64,000 nt of DNA from the human T2T-CHM13v2.0 reference genome, Homo sapiens (GCF_009914755.1 NC_060940.1), one strand, 5' to 3'. Shown: positions 27,891 to 42,503, counted from the first letter of the stretch. Translations and numbers: made by a program. The notes: generated by a model from the letters alone, not told the origin.

Positions 27891-30800
27891 TACATATACA
27901 CACATACACAGAGGACTCTTTGAATCCAGATACTAGAGATAAAATATGCTAGTAATAGTAATGCTATCAATTTTTATATCATTTAATTTACTTACAACTT
28001 TCTTTCTTGTTATATAGCATTTATAATATAATTTTGATAGCAACATAATACTTATTGGTTTACTTCATCATTTCTCTGCAGTTGAAAAAATAAATTATCA
28101 GTTTTTTGCCATAATCAATAATACTGCAAAAAGTATATTTAATACATAGAAGTTTAAATTTAGGCTTTATTCTTTGAAATGAGACCATTGGCAATAACTC
28201 TTTAGGAAATATATCTTGGTTTTCTCTTATACTTGCCAGTAATAATAGTTATCAGTTATACTTGCCAGTATTCGTTACCTATGTATATCTTTATCAGTAT
28301 ATAAATGGTTAATATTATATATAATAAAAATATAATATACAAGAATATATTTTATATAATATTTTCCAGTCATTGGGATAAATTGTAACTTATTTTAAAT
28401 ATTTTCATTTATTTCATTATTACTGAGATAGAAAATGTTCTCCATATACTTGATAACTGTCTAGTATTTCCTCTTTGCAAATGATATATTCAGGTCTTTT
28501 TCAATTTTACTTTTTAAATTCTTGATATTTTCTCACTGATTTGTAAAACTTTTCTATATTAATAAATACATTGTCAATTTGTCGTATTTTCTGGAAATAC
28601 ATTCAGCAGCTTTTTTTTGAAATAGACTTTTTATAGCTTTTTGTTGATATGTTGCTTTGTAATTGCTTTTTTATGTCTAAATTTAAAACTGTATCCACAT
28701 GTCAGAAATTTTTCTCTACAGTGTATTTCATTTTCCAGTATTTATCTGTGCTTTCATCTTAATACTGAATTCGTCTTGTCTCCTGAAATATCCCTTTGTG
28801 AGGAGTAACATCATCATTACATATTTTATGAAACTAAGGGAAAGGAAGAGAGAGAAAATAATTGTTACCCAAGCCCTTCTCTAACCCCATCTCCCCCCAA
28901 CTTAGTTGGTAAGGGATAAACTTCAAAATTGAAGCTGTTTAAAATGTTACTGAGACATCAAAAACATGATATTTCACATAAATGTTATAGCTGGTATTTT
29001 TTAGTTAATCAATTAATAGTTATATTATAGGATAGCGAGAAAGAGAAAAGCTTCCTAGAGGCAGACAAAAGCAAGCTTATTGCTATTAGCTCCAGTAATT
29101 AGCTGCCTCTTTTCCTTTCCACATTCAGCTCATTGTACTTATCAAATAAATGCATCTACATTTTTAGTGGCTCTGTGATTCTAATACAATCACTGGCCAA
29201 GTCAAAGAATATTTCCTCTTTAAGTGTCCAGATTAGTCTTCATACCAATCTTGGTCAAAAGAGATAAACTGCAGACTCATTGGAACCAAACAATAGTTTC
29301 AATAATACCTTAATGGGGGAAATAGGAATAAATCAGAGGGAAAGAAAAATAAGAGAGAAAGCTGTGATATTTTTTAATATCCTGGATGGCAAATAGCATT
29401 TCTCACACCATTATCAGCCCAATTTGAAGTGAGTCAAAAGGAGTCTTATTTGCTTGAGAAGAACCAGCAGTTTTGCTAACAGCTGTTAGGACCCCTATCT
29501 ATATTCTTTTTGAAGACTTTGAATTCAGCATGATGTTCTCTGCCAAGACTTCAATGCTTGCAGGATAAACAAGTAAAACCTGAAGATGCCAGGATGTCTT
29601 AAAGAGAAAAATGATTGGCCAATCCACGTGTCAGACCCTTTGTCACATTACTCTACTTGGTAGAAATGTGATAGGTTGGAAATATAAAGACTTGAATGTT
29701 AGAACATGAAGTCCTATTCACAGATCCTGCTGCAAGTGACTGGATTACTTAAAAGAAGAAATACGGGGAGCATCTACTGACCTTACTCAGCTCAGCATAG
29801 CCCCCATTTATATTCTCTTCCTGCTCCAACTGCCGTCCTAAGGAAAGGAATTCCAAGTCCTAGGTGTGGATTTGTCTAAGTTTCCTCTATCACTATCAAT
29901 GCTGAATAGAAAATAAACATAAAAATAAAAATAAATCCCTTTTTCCTTTCCTGTGTACACTGCAAATTTTTCCTTTTCCTAATCAATATTAATTATGAGA
30001 CCTCAAAAAAAAAACAGGTTATCATTGTTTCTTTCCTTTTATTGGTCTATTTCTTTTATTTTCTACACATATTGTGTAATAGTCAATATTTTTTATATTG
30101 TAAGAGTTTTTTTTAACTTTATTGAAGTATTTAAAACCAAAAGTAGTGCAATTTACAAATGGGAAAACCAAGATATTAGAACCTTCTGAAAAAATTACTA
30201 AAACTCTGTCTTACAAAACCAACCACCCAGTCTAAAAATAAATGACATAAGAATTTACTTCATTATTTTTAAAAAATTGATAGGTATTTTGAAGTAAGTT
30301 GCACTATTGGAAGTATAGTGATCTAAATTATTGGCTAACTTGTATGTTACACTTATTATCAAATCAAAGTTAACACAATCATGGTCAATATATTTAAGTG
30401 TTTTAGAATGTAGAGTAATGTGTCCTTAAAATAAAATAAAATAAAATAAAATAGATCAATAATGAATTTCTCACTTATTTACCAAAGTTAAATAATTCGT
30501 ATTAAGTCAAACAAATCATAATACCATTGTAGGTATTAAAAGCACAGAATATTATTTTAATTTTCAAAAGGGATTTATTTTTATAACACTTGCATATTAT
30601 AATGCAATGGTTTTTAAAAATAGTTTTAAAAATTTTTAGATAAATTTAAATAGTTTTGTTCTTTTCATTGTTCTAACTGTGTGATTACCATGCTGACTAT
30701 TTAACCTACAACTTTGATTATTTTCACTAGGTACTAACTTCTAGTATAAATAAAAACACTAACTTTTTCTCTTTACACTAAAAAAACTACCAATATACCA

Positions 30801-31490
30801 CTTTCCATGAATATGTTTTGGACCTTAGCAGCCTTTCGAAACTATGAACTTATTTTGGTAAACATAGAAATATATTTTTCATGGCATGTAAACATGCCAA
30901 TGTAGCTTTTATACATTTGTAATGAAGAACACAATGTCAGTATGAGACTTGTTTATTTTCTTCAGAATATTGCGAGAGTAAGAAGGTGTTTATTTTCTCT
31001 ATGAAAGTTGCAAGTGAAAATGGAATAAAAATACATTGAAAAATATTCTCATCAGACATATGGAGGTTTCTTCATTATTAATAAAGTATCTATCTAAATA
31101 TTTGCTTTCAAAGGTATTATAAACACCAATTTTTAACATGTTTAAGTTACATTTGGAAGGATAAATTAAACATCTAATATGCCTTGAATGTCATCCACAC
31201 ACACGCACACACACACACACACAGACACATAAAATCTATTCTCATAGCTTGAGATTTAATTTGTTTTGTCTGATATATTTCCATGATATATGAGTCAAGG
31301 TTGAACACTTTATTCTCTAATTCATTGAGAGGAATTCTGTATCGAACATGTTCTTGCGTAGATCGACAGTAATGTACAAGTTTATTGATGATAACATTGA
31401 TGGAAGAAATATTAACATGTGTTTCCAGGTACATTGTATACCTCACTTAACGGGATTTTTACAATATTCCTGTAGGGTGGCTTAGACTAT

Positions 31491-31965
31491 TGTAGTGGGT
31501 TGAATGGTGGACCCCCAAAATATGCCCATATTCTAAGCCCTGGAACCTGTGAATATCACCTTATATGGCATTAAGTGTGAACCTTATTTAATTTGGAAAA
31601 AAGGGTCTTCATAGGGCTAACGAACTTACAGAGCTTCAGATGAGGAAATTACCCTGCACTGATTCAACCCAGGCAGAAGGGAAGAAGACATAGACAAGAA
31701 GGACATACGAAGAAAGAGGACAAAATTGGAGTTCTGTAGCCGCAATCCAAGGAACATCTGCAGTCACCAGGAGCTAACATCAGATCCACTAGAAGCTGGA
31801 AGAGGCAAGAAGGATTCTCCTCCAGAGCCATTGGAGGGAATGAGGCTCTGTTGAGATTTTGGTTTTAAACTTCTGGCCTCCAGAACTGCAAAAAAATAGA
31901 TTTCAATCGTTTTAAGCTACCAACTTTCTATCAATTGGTTAGGGCAGCCACAAGAAACTAATGCA
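31491..31965 (+). mobile_element. MaLR solo LTR (MLT1C-like) inserted in an antisense MIR
   Basis: TGTAGTGGGTTGAATGGTGGACCCCCAAAA...CTGGAACCTGTGAATATCACCTTA...GCAGCCACAAGAAACTAATGCA; near-perfect 5-bp TSD ACTAT/ACTAA; MIR continues to ~32110. Confidence 0.85.
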
Positions 31966-32269
31966 ACTAACAATTCCATTCAACAGATAAGAAAACTGGC
32001 AGTTGGAGAGGTAAAATTAATCACCCGAAGTCATGAAGTTAGAGAGAGGCAAAGCTGGGGCTGAAACCTGGGCCTGTCAGAATCCAAAGACCTTGTTCTT
32101 AGCCATATTGCCGGTAAATACGTACCATGTTGGTCATTCATTTCTGTTTCTCTGCCTAATATGGTTAAGGCTTACATAATCATATAAGTTGTTGGTTTAC
32201 CTAAAAGCTATTGAGGGCTTGTTCTGTGACTTTAGACTCTGAACAGCAAAATTTCAGGAAAAAGAGTAC

Positions 32270-33350
32270 TTTTGTTATCTATTGCTATGTAACAAACTAC
32301 CCCACAATGTAGTGGCTTGAAGAAACTGTTTTGGTTTGCCTCACTATTTTATGGCTCGGGAATTTAGGAGACAATTGATTGAGCAGTTTTTCTGCCTAAT
32401 AGGGGCACTGACCTGGATTCACGTGGGGTCTGTTCTGGACTGGGGCTGGATTTCTGGTGCCCAGGTGCTTCTCCTAGTACCTTCTTCTTGCAACATATGA
32501 AGCAATTCTCCAGGGCCTCTCCTTATGACTTAGGCTTCTCATAACATGGTGATCTCATGGTAGTCACACTTCCTATATTGGGTTGGCTTACACTGTTTGT
32601 GGGAATGTAAATTAGTTCAACCATCATGGAAAATGGTGTGGCAATTCCTCAGAGATCTAGAACCAGAAATACGATTTGACCCAGCAGTCCCATTACTGGG
32701 TATATACCAAAGGAATATAAATCATTCTATAAGGAAGATACATACATGCATATGTCCAGTGCAGCATTCTTCACAATAGCAAAGACTTGGAATTAACCCA
32801 AATGCCCATCAAACATAGACTGGATTAAGAAAATGTGGTACTTATACACCATGGAATACTATGCAGCCATAAAAAGAATGAGATCATGTCCTTTGCAGGG
32901 ACATGGAGGGAGCTGGAAGCCATTATCCTCAGCAAACTAACTCAGGAACAGAAAAACAAACACCTCATGTTCTCACTTATAAGTGACAGCTGAACAATGA
33001 GAACACATGGACACAGGGAGGGAAACAACACATACTGGGGCCTGTTAGGGGTAGGGTAGGGGGAGGGAGAGCATTAGGAAAAAAGGCTGACGGATGCTGG
33101 GATTAATACCTAGGTGATAGGTTGATAGGTGCAGCAAACCACCATGGCACAGGTTTACCTATGTAACAAAAGTGAACATCCTGCATATGTACCCCAGAAC
33201 TTACAATAAAAATAAAAATTTTAAAAAGGCTAAACCTGGAATTGGCATAGTATTATTTCTGCTTTATAATGTTTATCAAATCAGTCATAAGTCTGCCTAG
33301 GATCAAGGAGCTGGACAGATCAGATTCTAACACTTAATATGTGAGTGGCA
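32270..33350 (-). mobile_element. MaLR LTR (MLT1H/J-like), split by an L1 insertion
   Basis: GTTATCTATTGCTATGTAACAAACTACCCCACAATGTAGTGGCTTGAAG...CTTCTCATAACATGGTG; resumes after ~33228. Confidence 0.6.
32590..33227 (+). mobile_element. 5'-truncated L1PA10/11-like 3' end
   Basis: GGGAATGTAAATTAGTTCAACC...GAGATCATGTCCTTTGCAGGGACATGG...TTAATACCTAGGTGATAGGTTGATAGGTGCAGC...CCCCAGAACTTACAATAAAA. Confidence 0.9.
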
Positions 33351-34151
33351 TATATCTACATAGAAAAAAGCTAACAAAAGTGAAAATGAGGATTTCCTCA
33401 TTTCAGAAGACTTTTTCAAAATACAAATATCACTGGGAAAGTTTATACCATAAATGCATATTACTTAATATTTTCCAGATATCACATTTATAAAAATTAG
33501 TTTGTTCTATTTGTGTTCAGCCCATTATAACATAGAAAAATGGGTTAAAGGCCAAAGCTAAGGCAGAAAGCCAATAAGTAATTGCCCAATTTTGGAGCAT
33601 TCAGCTGGCCATTGCTAATTATAAAGCCTGGCAATGGCCATCTCATAGGCTCCCTTGAAGAAGTATGTTGCAGTATTACCACCTGTGGTAGAGTTCAACC
33701 TGTATTACAACCTTGATACATGTGCACATTTTCCATCAGAGTTCCATCTTAGAATTTACTTAGCTAAGTTCAAAAAGAGTAATCGTGAAGATGAACAAGT
33801 GGTGATTCAAGGTCCCTGTGTACCTATTGATGCTGCAGAGTTTTTCAAGTATGTTAGAAATATTTCAAATTAACCGAGTACAACTTATGTGCCTTTCTTA
33901 TCCTTTCATATGAACTCTTGGTATCAGGCAGAAGATCCCATCAAAGAAAAAATTCAACGGAAAGAATTCACATTCTGAATACTCTTTTCTTACCACTTCT
34001 GATAAATATGTATCTGCATGATCAAAGTCATATTATAAGAAGTGATAATAGTCATAGATAAACAAACTAGTCTCACCTCCAAGTTAGCTGTTGTCTCGCT
34101 GTTAGGTTTCCATGTTTCCAGAAACCACAGATGTTAGGGTTCTTCTGTGTG

Positions 34152-34446
34152 TTTTTTTTTTTTTTGGCACAGAGTCTTGCTCTGTCGCCCAGGCTGGGGT
34201 GCAGTGGTGAGATCTCTGCTCTCTGTAACCTCCGCCTCCCGGGTTCAAGTGATTCTCCTACCTCAACCTCCTGAGTAGCTGAGATTACAGGCAACCGCCA
34301 CCACACCCAGCTAATTTTTGTATTTTCAGTAGAGATGTGGTTTCACCACACTAGCCAGGCTGGTCTCAAAGTCCTGACCTCAGGTGATCTGCCCGCCTTG
34401 GCCTTCCTAAGTGCTGAGATTACAGGCGTGAGCCACCGCGCCTGGC
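34152..34446 (-). mobile_element. AluS (Sx/Sz-like)
   Basis: Poly(T), CAGAGTCTTGCTCTGTCGCCCAGGCTGG...CTGACCTCAGGTGATCTGCCCGCC...GAGCCACCGCGCCTGGC. Confidence 0.93.
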
Positions 34447-35429
34447 GTGGTTCTTCTTTCTTGACCAGATCCAAGCCTGTCCATCTTCCAACCTTTGCAC
34501 TTAACTCACAAAAGAATGTGTCATGGTTAAAAGACAGACACGTGTAGACTTGCAACTCAGCTTGTTTTTCTACCCCAAAGAGGTTTTTCCTTGGACATCC
34601 TGAACATCCCAGAGAGTCGGGTTAGAACTTATTTTCACACAAGACTACACCGGAGCCTGTACTGCTTTTCTGTGTGCTTCGCTTCTGGCCCTTACAAGGG
34701 TGCCTATCAGGCTCAAGGTGTGGCATTAACAACTCCCTCTGTTTCCAGAAAGAACAGCAACATGTGTAGCCTCTAGGAAGAAGCTTCAGATAGCTTCTTA
34801 CCAAGCCTCTTCCCCGCTAGATTTCCCAGCTCTAATCTCAGTTCTACAAATGCCTTTCTAATTAATTTCATACTCACTTTTATCCCTCTTGTTAATTCCT
34901 TTAAATTGACTAAACTCATCTTGAAAATCTCTCTGACTTTCGATTATTTTATCTCCAATTTGCTTCTTTGTAGACCACTCCTCAGTTCTATGCAGTGAAA
35001 CTCATTCTTATACCTGAGTTTCCTTCCAATATATCACTTATAAATTATAACTATCACCTACAACAAACTACATCTCCTTCCTAAAGAAGGCATTTTTGGT
35101 GCATTATATCAATCTGGCGCAACAAGAATAATGGAAATAGAATGGAATAGAATGTCTGTCTTCATTTCTCCCATCCAAATCCCAAGCTTCCTGGGAAGTA
35201 GCCCATTGTAAATCACGTATGCTTTCATTCTGTTTTGATGTATAGCAGAGTCTGGACTAAGAGTAGGAAAAATTATGATGTAGCCCCTCAATAAACATTT
35301 TTCTCATATACCAAAATTTGCATACACTTACTTCTTTCTGTTATATATGCATTATATATGTTTGTATATATATGGGTTCAGTAAATATAATGTATATTAC
35401 TTATAATTATTATTCGTGTGTGTAATGTT

Positions 35430-35900
35430 TATAAGATATCTTACAAGGATTTGGATGCAAGTAATTTATTCATTTTGTAATCCTAGGAAGCAGGGTGAGG
35501 AAGTGAAAAATAAGACAAGGAAGAGAGGAAAGTCAATAAAAGAGCATTAAATTAATGAGCAGTATAATATGATGGATAACTGGGTTTAATCCTGCTGGCT
35601 GCCATCTGATAGACTGCATAAAAGCACTTCAGAACAGTTTCCTGAAAGCTGGGCTATTCATTCATCAACTCTGATTCCTCATTGGTCTGGGTTTGTCTTG
35701 GAAGCATTAACTCACTAACACTGGTAATTTGCTTGACTTACAGACAAAACATGCTCCTGTGGCCAGAGAAAGCATTCAGAGGGATGCAAGCAAATGAGGT
35801 AAGAAGTAATAAGTGTGTATGGGTATTGTCCACTAAGCTGTACCTGGCCTGGGGCTTGGGGAGAGCTTGATGAGCAGAGTCCTAAGAGTGTCTGCAACAC
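35430..35900 (-). mobile_element. ERVL-type solo LTR (LTR33-like)
   Basis: CAAGGATTTGGATGCAAGTAATTTATT...CCTAGGAAGCAGGGTGAGG...CTGGGCTATTCATTCATCAACTC...GTGTCTGCAACA. Confidence 0.55.
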
Positions 35901-37752
35901 TATTTTGGCTTGTTCTATTGTCTTTCTGCACTCAAACAGATTGTTATGCAGAACTCTTAGAGTGCATGCACCCACGATTGAAAACTATAATAAAAGATTA
36001 TGAGATGCCCATGGGCAAAGATTAATTTTAGTAATCTCCATATTCACCCTTGCTGTGCCCAGCAGTATTCAGTTCTCATTATAGATGCTCAACCAATTCA
36101 ATTTGGTGTCCAGATGGAATGTCTCATGTTTAAACAGTGATACTCTTTTTAGTTAGTCATAACTTAATTCACTCAAATCCCTTGGCTTGAGGTCTGGCAT
36201 CACTATGGAATTAGCCATCATTCATTTTCAATTTAAATTAATTTTCAATAGCAAACCAATGACATTTGGAGACTAGAAAACCAAAGAATACGTTTCCAAA
36301 GTTTCTATTAAGTCTTCTGAAAAGACTGTATAATTGAATGCATTAACGTTTTAACAGTCCACATTGCATACCAAAGCCCTCTATAATCAAGTGCCTGGTG
36401 AATAAATTCTTGGCACTTCCATCTAGCTTACTGTAACAAATAGAATAGACTTCTTTCAGGAATAAACCTTGACCACTCAAGCTAATGGGAATCCAGTTAG
36501 GTTTTTGCCAACCTCAGGAAACATCCATTATCAATAGATGCTGAGAAAATTATATTATAAATAAATGTTTTAGAGAGAAAATAGAAAGTGCCTCAAAGTT
36601 GACAGAAAACAGAATCTGTGATGGTATTATGATTGATTTTGGAGAGAAATAGCTGTAGATGTTGAAATACATGAATTGCTTTAAAATATTTCAGGCTTGT
36701 AAGAAGGAAGATTATTGACCTAAAAGACACTGAAGTATCTTAGTGACTTGTGATTTATATATAAATACATATTAAAAGATTGCTTAAAATTCATATTATT
36801 GATCTCATTGATTGCAGTGGCCCCAAGGGAGTCATTGAACACTTTGTAAATAATATATCTGGAAAAGATTGGGTTCGTGTTCTCAAATTCATGCAGACAT
36901 TTCTAAATTTAATTCTAATGGTAATTGAAATTTACATAAAGAGGAAAAATATAACCAGGTGATAAGAGCTAATTACAAGCATCCATGTTTTGTGTAGCCA
37001 GAAACTTCTGCTGATGAGTTTTCCATGCAATATTGTCATCAGCTATTAAATTGTCTAAGATAGAAGAATATTATGCACTTAAAACAGTACTTTCCCTAGT
37101 CTCTTTAAATTGTGGTCAGTGGACTTCGGGTCAAATCCTGTCTTTCCTCAACTTCCTTTTTTATCCTATTATGTGAGCAGAGGAGAAAATAGGTGTCAAT
37201 TTTTAGTACCCAACTTAGAATATTTAGGAATTGCTATTCCAAAGGAAACACTAGAATACATATTTTATTTATTAAATGTCTCTTAATTACTGGGCATAAT
37301 TTACAACCTCAGCTCAGGTCAAGATCAATTAAAGGAATAACGTTTCAGACCCTCGAAGAGATTAAAGCATTTAGAACACAACTTTATTCCAGAAGTTATT
37401 TGACTTCTAAGATTAGTATTTTCAACTTTTAAAAATAAATGCATGACTGTAATCCCATCCTCCTCCTATATGCCAAAAATATGGAAACAAATTAAGTCAA
37501 ACTTGCATTACATGTTCCCATGTAAAAAAGGACCATTAGCATTATAACAGCAAAAGACTTAAAAGAGAATATCTGTCAACTAGAATGACTCTTGGTTCAT
37601 AACCTTGAGCTTCAAACACACTATAAAAACACACCACATTTGTAAATGAAACCTGGAAAAGATAGTTTCCAAGGCATCCTCTACATGGGAATACCATCTG
37701 TCTTCATTAGTAAATGACAGGAACCAACACCTGAGGAGCAAGTTCAATTTAT

Positions 37753-37818
37753 TCTTTTTTATTATTATTATTATACTTTAAGTTCTAGGGTACATGTGCA
37801 CAATGTGCAGGTTTGTTA
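37753..37818 (-). mobile_element. ~65-bp extreme 3' tip of a young L1PA (L1PA3/4-like)
   Basis: TTATTATTATACTTTAAGTTCTAGGGTACATGTGCACAATGTGCAGGTTTGTTA. Confidence 0.85.
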
Positions 37819-37836
37819 AGAACACTGGCCTTCTAT

Positions 37837-37837
37837 A

Positions 37838-37868
<31 letters not shown>

Positions 37869-37877
37869 CAAAAACAA
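37837..37877. repeat. (AAAAC)n microsatellite
   Basis: Direct reading. Confidence 0.9.
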
Positions 37878-38689
37878 CTTGAGACTAGTTAGGAGCTAGC
37901 TGATTAAAAACTTAACTGAGATTCACATCCCTCAGGCCAGTGACCTCAGTGGTAACATTAAAGGTTTAGATTGGATCAGGGATATAAATAAGTGTTTTGT
38001 TGTTCGTTAGTTTTATTTTCTTAATTTGATTTCTTAATTTGATCCAGTGACCAAAGGCTGCCCGAATAATTTTGAGGCCACATCCAGGCACATCCAGAAA
38101 GAGTGAAATGAAGAAGTGCCAGTCATGGTCCTGGGATGTGATATTTAAGGCTCATCCCTTCTGTAGTCTATGAATCTATTGTGCTAACTCTAAAACTTCC
38201 TTTCGTAAAGAGTTGTGGCTTTCTTTTTTTAAAGCAAAATAGCCTTAATTTTAATAAGTTATACTTCTTCCTTTAAGGAAATTCCTTAACCTTAATTTTA
38301 ACAAGTTATCTTCTTTCTCAAGTTTATCATTACATCTAAGTTAATAAATACATTTCTTTTGAGTGTTTGCCTATGATAGGAAACAATAGATTTGAGAATT
38401 TTGAGGTTCTCTGCATTGTATAGGGAAGGTGGGGTGTAATTCACACAAAATTGAAGGATGTTTGATATCTTTACAAATACCAAATTTCCCTGTCTAAAAA
38501 CTTCGTAACTCTCAGATCTATGAATTTAGAGGAAATAAAATCGTGAACAGTTTATGGATGTATTCGTTAAAATCAATTTCAAGGACAATTAGTAACAACT
38601 CAAGAGTGCTTGTAATAGCAGCTGGCAATCAGTCATACAATGGCAGCAGCAGCCCGGGGGTTAAATCCTCCCTGCCCACTGTCTTACTG

Positions 38690-39680
38690 TGGCTGAGGTC
38701 ATGGTATCCCAAGTCAGATTGCTCTGGTTCAAATGTGGGTCTATCACTTACTATTTGTAAGAGTTTTGGCAAAGTCCCTATTTTCCAAAATAGGGATATT
38801 GATAATACTCACTTTATCAGACTGTTGTGGGAGACATAACTAATTAATCTAAGTAAAACATTTAGGAGTGTTCCTACCAAAATGCCTTAAATATAAGATA
38901 TGGTTGCTGTTACTATTGGTATTACCAGTAAGAACATTATTTGTAATGATTTTGATTTTTCTGGTAATAAATATTATTTAAGGGGGGGGATTACTAAAGA
39001 ATGAACAAATATGCTAACATGTTGAGGGTGGGTGAATATGGGTGAAAGACATGGCATTGTTCTTTGTGTTATTCTCTTTCTTGCAAATTTTCTGGCAATT
39101 TGACATTATGGTCACAGGAAAAATGAAAGAGACATACAGAAGAAAATAATTAGTAAGACCAATTTTGGCCGTAAGAACAAAATGCTATTTTACCACCATT
39201 AAAAACACTATCGTCTGACATTTAATAGGAATTTTCAGTATGCCAAGCACCATGCTAAACACAGTGTATTCACAGTTATGCCTCATGTAACACTCACAGC
39301 AACTTTTAAGGTAGTGATGATTCCTGTTTTACAGATGGAACTATTCTGAATTTGAAGTTTGCAAACCTTGAACAGTCTAGCTCCAAATGTACACACATTG
39401 CAATTTTACAAAAACCTGCTATCTTAGACCTATCGGGATTTAATTTAAAGAGACAGTGTCTGAAAATTGGAAATCTACTGGATTTGCTTCTGAATTCAAG
39501 CTTTGCCATTCACTGGTTTTGTGACATTGACCAAATTCCTCATGAACCTCAGTTTCTCGCTCTATCAAAACAGAAAGTATTTACTTGTAGCTGTCAAGAA
39601 GCAACTAAGTTTAATTACAAATTCTTTTTCAACAAAATTACTGGCATAAAATATGAGCTCAAGAAATGACAGTTGTTGTC
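38690..39680. mobile_element. Cluster of MIR fragments (+ ~38690-38910; - ~39210-39400; + ~39440-39675)
   Basis: GTCAGATTGCTCTGGTTCAAATGTGGGTCTATCACTTAC; TATGCCAAGCACCATGCTAAAC...CCTGTTTTACAGATGGAAC; GAACCTCAGTTTCTC. Confidence 0.55.
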
Positions 39681-39685
39681 ACACT

Positions 39686-40024
<339 letters not shown>

Positions 40025-42444
40025 TTAATTGTATATATAAACTTAGAAAGTAATAAAATCTGGGGTGATATATCTATACTTCTACAAATGTAAGATGAAC
40101 CAGACATAGAAATCATTCAGAAAATAAATGTAGGTACAAATGCATTCTAAGAGTTAGTTCTAAGAGGATCAGAATCTTGCCTCCTTTATTTAGTTTGTAA
40201 AGTGTATTTTTCACACAGCATATAAAATGAACATTTAGACAGAATTTGGTACAATCTTTAAAGAGTAACAGAAACTGCAAAATTCATAAGATAACTTGAC
40301 ATTCACTATTGCTGGGAAAAAATGTTGTGTTGCTCCTGGAGGATGAAGTAATTTGGGGGTGTGGTATTTTACCTTAATTACTCCAGCTGGTTCAGTTTTC
40401 CTTTAGGAAAACCTGCTTTCATTCCCTTTTAAGAAATAGTTCTGGTAAATTATTCAAGTATTTTCACGTCAAAGCTCTTAATTCCATTTTTTTTTCTAAC
40501 TCTAGTCCGAATAGTAAACATTTCTGAATTTTTCTTTTAAAGTCATTTAGGTAAGAACCTTTAAAATAAAAATCTGAGTTGGAAGGTGTCCCATGGAAGG
40601 AGAACCATCTCCTGTATAAATTTGATTGTATCCAAGAAATTCACTAGTATCTCTGGTTTCCAGCATCTCTCTGGTGCAGTTATCATGAAGCTAACAGACA
40701 TGTTAAGTATAAAACTCTTCCTAATCAGGCATAATTCCTAGGTGATCATTGTCAGTGTATTTGATGCCTGCATCGATATTAATTGCACAAATTTCAGGCA
40801 GGATTATGCAGAATACAAGAAAAATCAGGCAGACCAGGAGGAAAAGGATTCTTAAGCTATTTTAGCAGCTTAGAAGTAAATCATAAAATGTCAAGCTACA
40901 GAAATTGGCTCCGATAAATATGATTTTTCTCCTGAATTAGTTCACTAAGCTTTTATCCTTTCTGAACACTTTCAGTCAATCCTAAATACTTTAAATGCCA
41001 AGCTTAATATTGAATAGTTATGCTACAGCACATATAGAAGATTGAAAGCAGCAGTTACTCTAGATGAGAATAAGTTATTTTATCTTCATTTAGAACCAGA
41101 AAAGGAAGATAATAACCAACATTTGAAAATACTGTAAATAAATGAATACTTCTAAAGAAGTTAGGTCATGTTTATCAAATGGGAAAATATAAATTACTTA
41201 CAAAAATTCATAATCAGATCAATCAAGTTAGGTCTACACAATGTGCCTCCTACTTCATCACTTTACCCCTGCACCCACCCTCTGAGAGTTAATATGTCTG
41301 AGTTTCTGTAAGGGAATAGGTGGTTCTAATTGTAATTTAATTTTACATTTTTATTTAGGGGGAATTTAGATTTGACAATGACTCTAAAAATTGCACACCA
41401 CCTGTCACTTGGCTTCCATTCTAGTGTGGTCTTTGCTTGATGCACATGAGTAAGTCCCAATAATGCTGAAGGAATTTGTGCGGAGAATGATATTTTGCAT
41501 TGCTAGAGCTTCTATTGGAAATATTCTTTTGTTGAAACACACACACGCACGCACACACACAAAAGCATTATCATTCATTTTCCAAGTTTCCCAAAGAAAG
41601 GCTATTTTGTGTCATTTGACTCCCAAACTGTGATTTTTTCAGTATTAGACAAGATCACTTGGGATGTTAAAAAGGGCATTCATTTGGAAATCAGAAGAGA
41701 AGAGTTTAAGTCACAGTACACATCATTTATTAGCTGGGTAGCCTTGAACAAATCAGGTAATGTTGGATAGATTAATTTGCTTCAATTTAAAGTGGCTTGA
41801 TTTGGCTTTAAGCTTTCTAAGATCAGGGGCCATATGATATTTACTACTCTATTTTATAATGTTTGATGCAAAATTTGTGAATAAAATATTTCTTGAATGA
41901 ATAAATGTATGTTGCTGCACAATTTATCAGAATGAGTGATTATTTTTCCTAAGCTGAAGAGAGATATGTAGGAAATCATAAAGTTTCAGTGCACCTTTTA
42001 TTAAAGGACACCCTCAGTTTATTTTATTGGCATGAAGTACCGCTTAAGGCAGAAATTCAAACCTTGTTTAGAAATATGAAGAAATCAAATGGGTTATTCT
42101 TTGTTTAATGTTCATAGAAGTCTACCAAATGGTGCTGTTTGTAATCAAGCAGCTGCTGTTTTATTCCCAATGACAAGATAATGCTTCAATGGTTTGTTAA
42201 GAAAGAGCCCATTTATTGCTTACTTCTGTATTTTTCCAGAACTTGTGTCAATATGTATCAGTAAAGGGAAATTCAGGGTATCAGGGTTGTTTTACCTACT
42301 GCAGTCAGAGCTCCTAAGAGATGTGTTCTCTGAATCCTCACTCTCCGCCTTGATGCCTGGGACCCAGCAGGTGCTAAATAGCATTTGAATGAATAAATAC
42401 CATAAAGATAAAGGAATTACAAAAAGAAGAATACTCCCAAATAG

Positions 42445-42447
<3 letters not shown>

Positions 42448-42501
<54 letters not shown>
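42448..42501. repeat. Pure poly(T) tract, 54 nt
   Basis: Direct count. Confidence 0.95.

Positions 42502-42503
<2 letters not shown>

Noticed and set aside
33606-33640. 10-bp inverted repeat TGGCCATTGC...GCAATGGCCA
   Set aside because: About one such short-spacer 10-bp repeat is expected by chance in 64 kb; too short for a pre-miRNA.
33655-33873. 72-aa ORF with protein-like composition and possible splice signals (TTTTCCATCAG| ... CAA|GTATGT)
   Set aside because: Non-ATG start, no recognisable homology, only moderate splice sites, no partner exons identified.
34060-34810. Two strong - strand donor motifs (GAG|GTGAGA ~34077; TTG|GTAAGA ~34801) around an Alu
   Set aside because: No convincing matching acceptors; isolated donor-like 9-mers are common.
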